This document shows, in pieces, positions 63,241-64,000 of a stretch of 64,000 nt of DNA. Made by a program: the position numbers and the translations under genes. The stretch lies in assembly GCA_011109175.1 (NCBI GenBank), contig RDEW01000042.1:316504-380503 (forward strand), read 5' to 3'. Origin of the DNA: Dicyema japonicum. Lineage: Eukaryota; Animalia; Dicyemida. Position 1 is the stretch's first letter. Every line of letters begins with the position of its first letter. Below the pieces are notes generated by a model, which worked only from the letters and a program-made list of their open reading frames with translations, had not been told where the DNA came from and did not search any database.

Positions 63241-64000
63241 TAGGGCCGCGTACTTTGCCGTTTTGACCCCTTGGTCTTCACAGCGGCAGAACAGACTCCA
63301 GAGGTACTTTTGAATAACCATTGGAATCATTCACTCACATTAAGACTTATTTTTGTGAATTTTTTGAAAATATAATTGTATGATCCTTGCCTATATAACT
63401 GATGCAAAGTTGTCTTTCACATTATCAATGGAGATTAATTGGAAGAGCTATAGGGTCTGAAGCACGAGTGGTCAAGTATATCCTGGGGTTTTAAACAAAG
63501 AAATAATTGCAAGGACCACCAATGACTCTAAGGGATGTGAACTTCTCAGTATCGTCAGTTAGACTCTAATCGACCTCCTCATGTTAGTGACGTCAAGGCA
63601 ACTAACTAACAGCAACAGAACTTGTAGATTATTATTACTTCACTTAAGAGAATAAGAAAGTGGACAAATCCTTAACGTGTCATTGTTATCTATAAGATCT
63701 ATGTTATGCTGCATAGAATAACGTTTTCTTAAAATTGATGTCATCACGTGATTTAGAATTCTCATAGAGTTTTCCATGTTATCAATTGTGCTTTTATTAT
63801 TATTATTAGCACTTTCACGAGAGCCATAATATTATAATCTCGCATGTGCAGCAAAAAATATAAGAGAGTTAGTTAGCTTGCTCCAAGCTCTTCTGTTCTT
63901 AGCTAGGTCCCTCAGCGAGTCCAGATAGTCACCAGATGCCAATGTTTTCTTCACGGCTTTCAGATCGTTTTGTAAAACGACCGGGAAGGTTGTTCTCGGT

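Overview
AT-rich eukaryotic genomic DNA (standard genetic code) from a gapped short-read assembly, with four N gaps and many near-perfect 100-200 bp adjacent duplications. Most of the window is decayed non-LTR retrotransposon sequence: APE-type RT families, RTE, CRE-like REL elements, one R4/Dong-like element, tRNA-derived SINEs and a possible Penelope fragment. The ORF track misses the host genes because ultra-small 21-26 nt GT-AG introns break them up. Two genes splice into open frames: MOB4/phocein (8542-9257 +, six introns of 22,22,22,22,22,21 nt) and a signal-peptide LRR-like protein (51423-50619 -, eight introns of 22-26 nt). Several intron-retaining but frameshifted copies of host genes are also present (TATDN1, DCTN2, a double-PHD+SAM chromatin protein, possibly RPP21, and unidentified genes). 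At least four diverged retrotransposon families end in a co-varying RNA structure in which the last codons of the RT ORF pair with the loop of a terminal hairpin just before an (AAT)n or A-rich tail. Animal-type genes with about 22-nt introns would fit a dicyemid-like mesozoan, but that is inference. All homology calls come from manual translation and recalled motifs; no searches were run.
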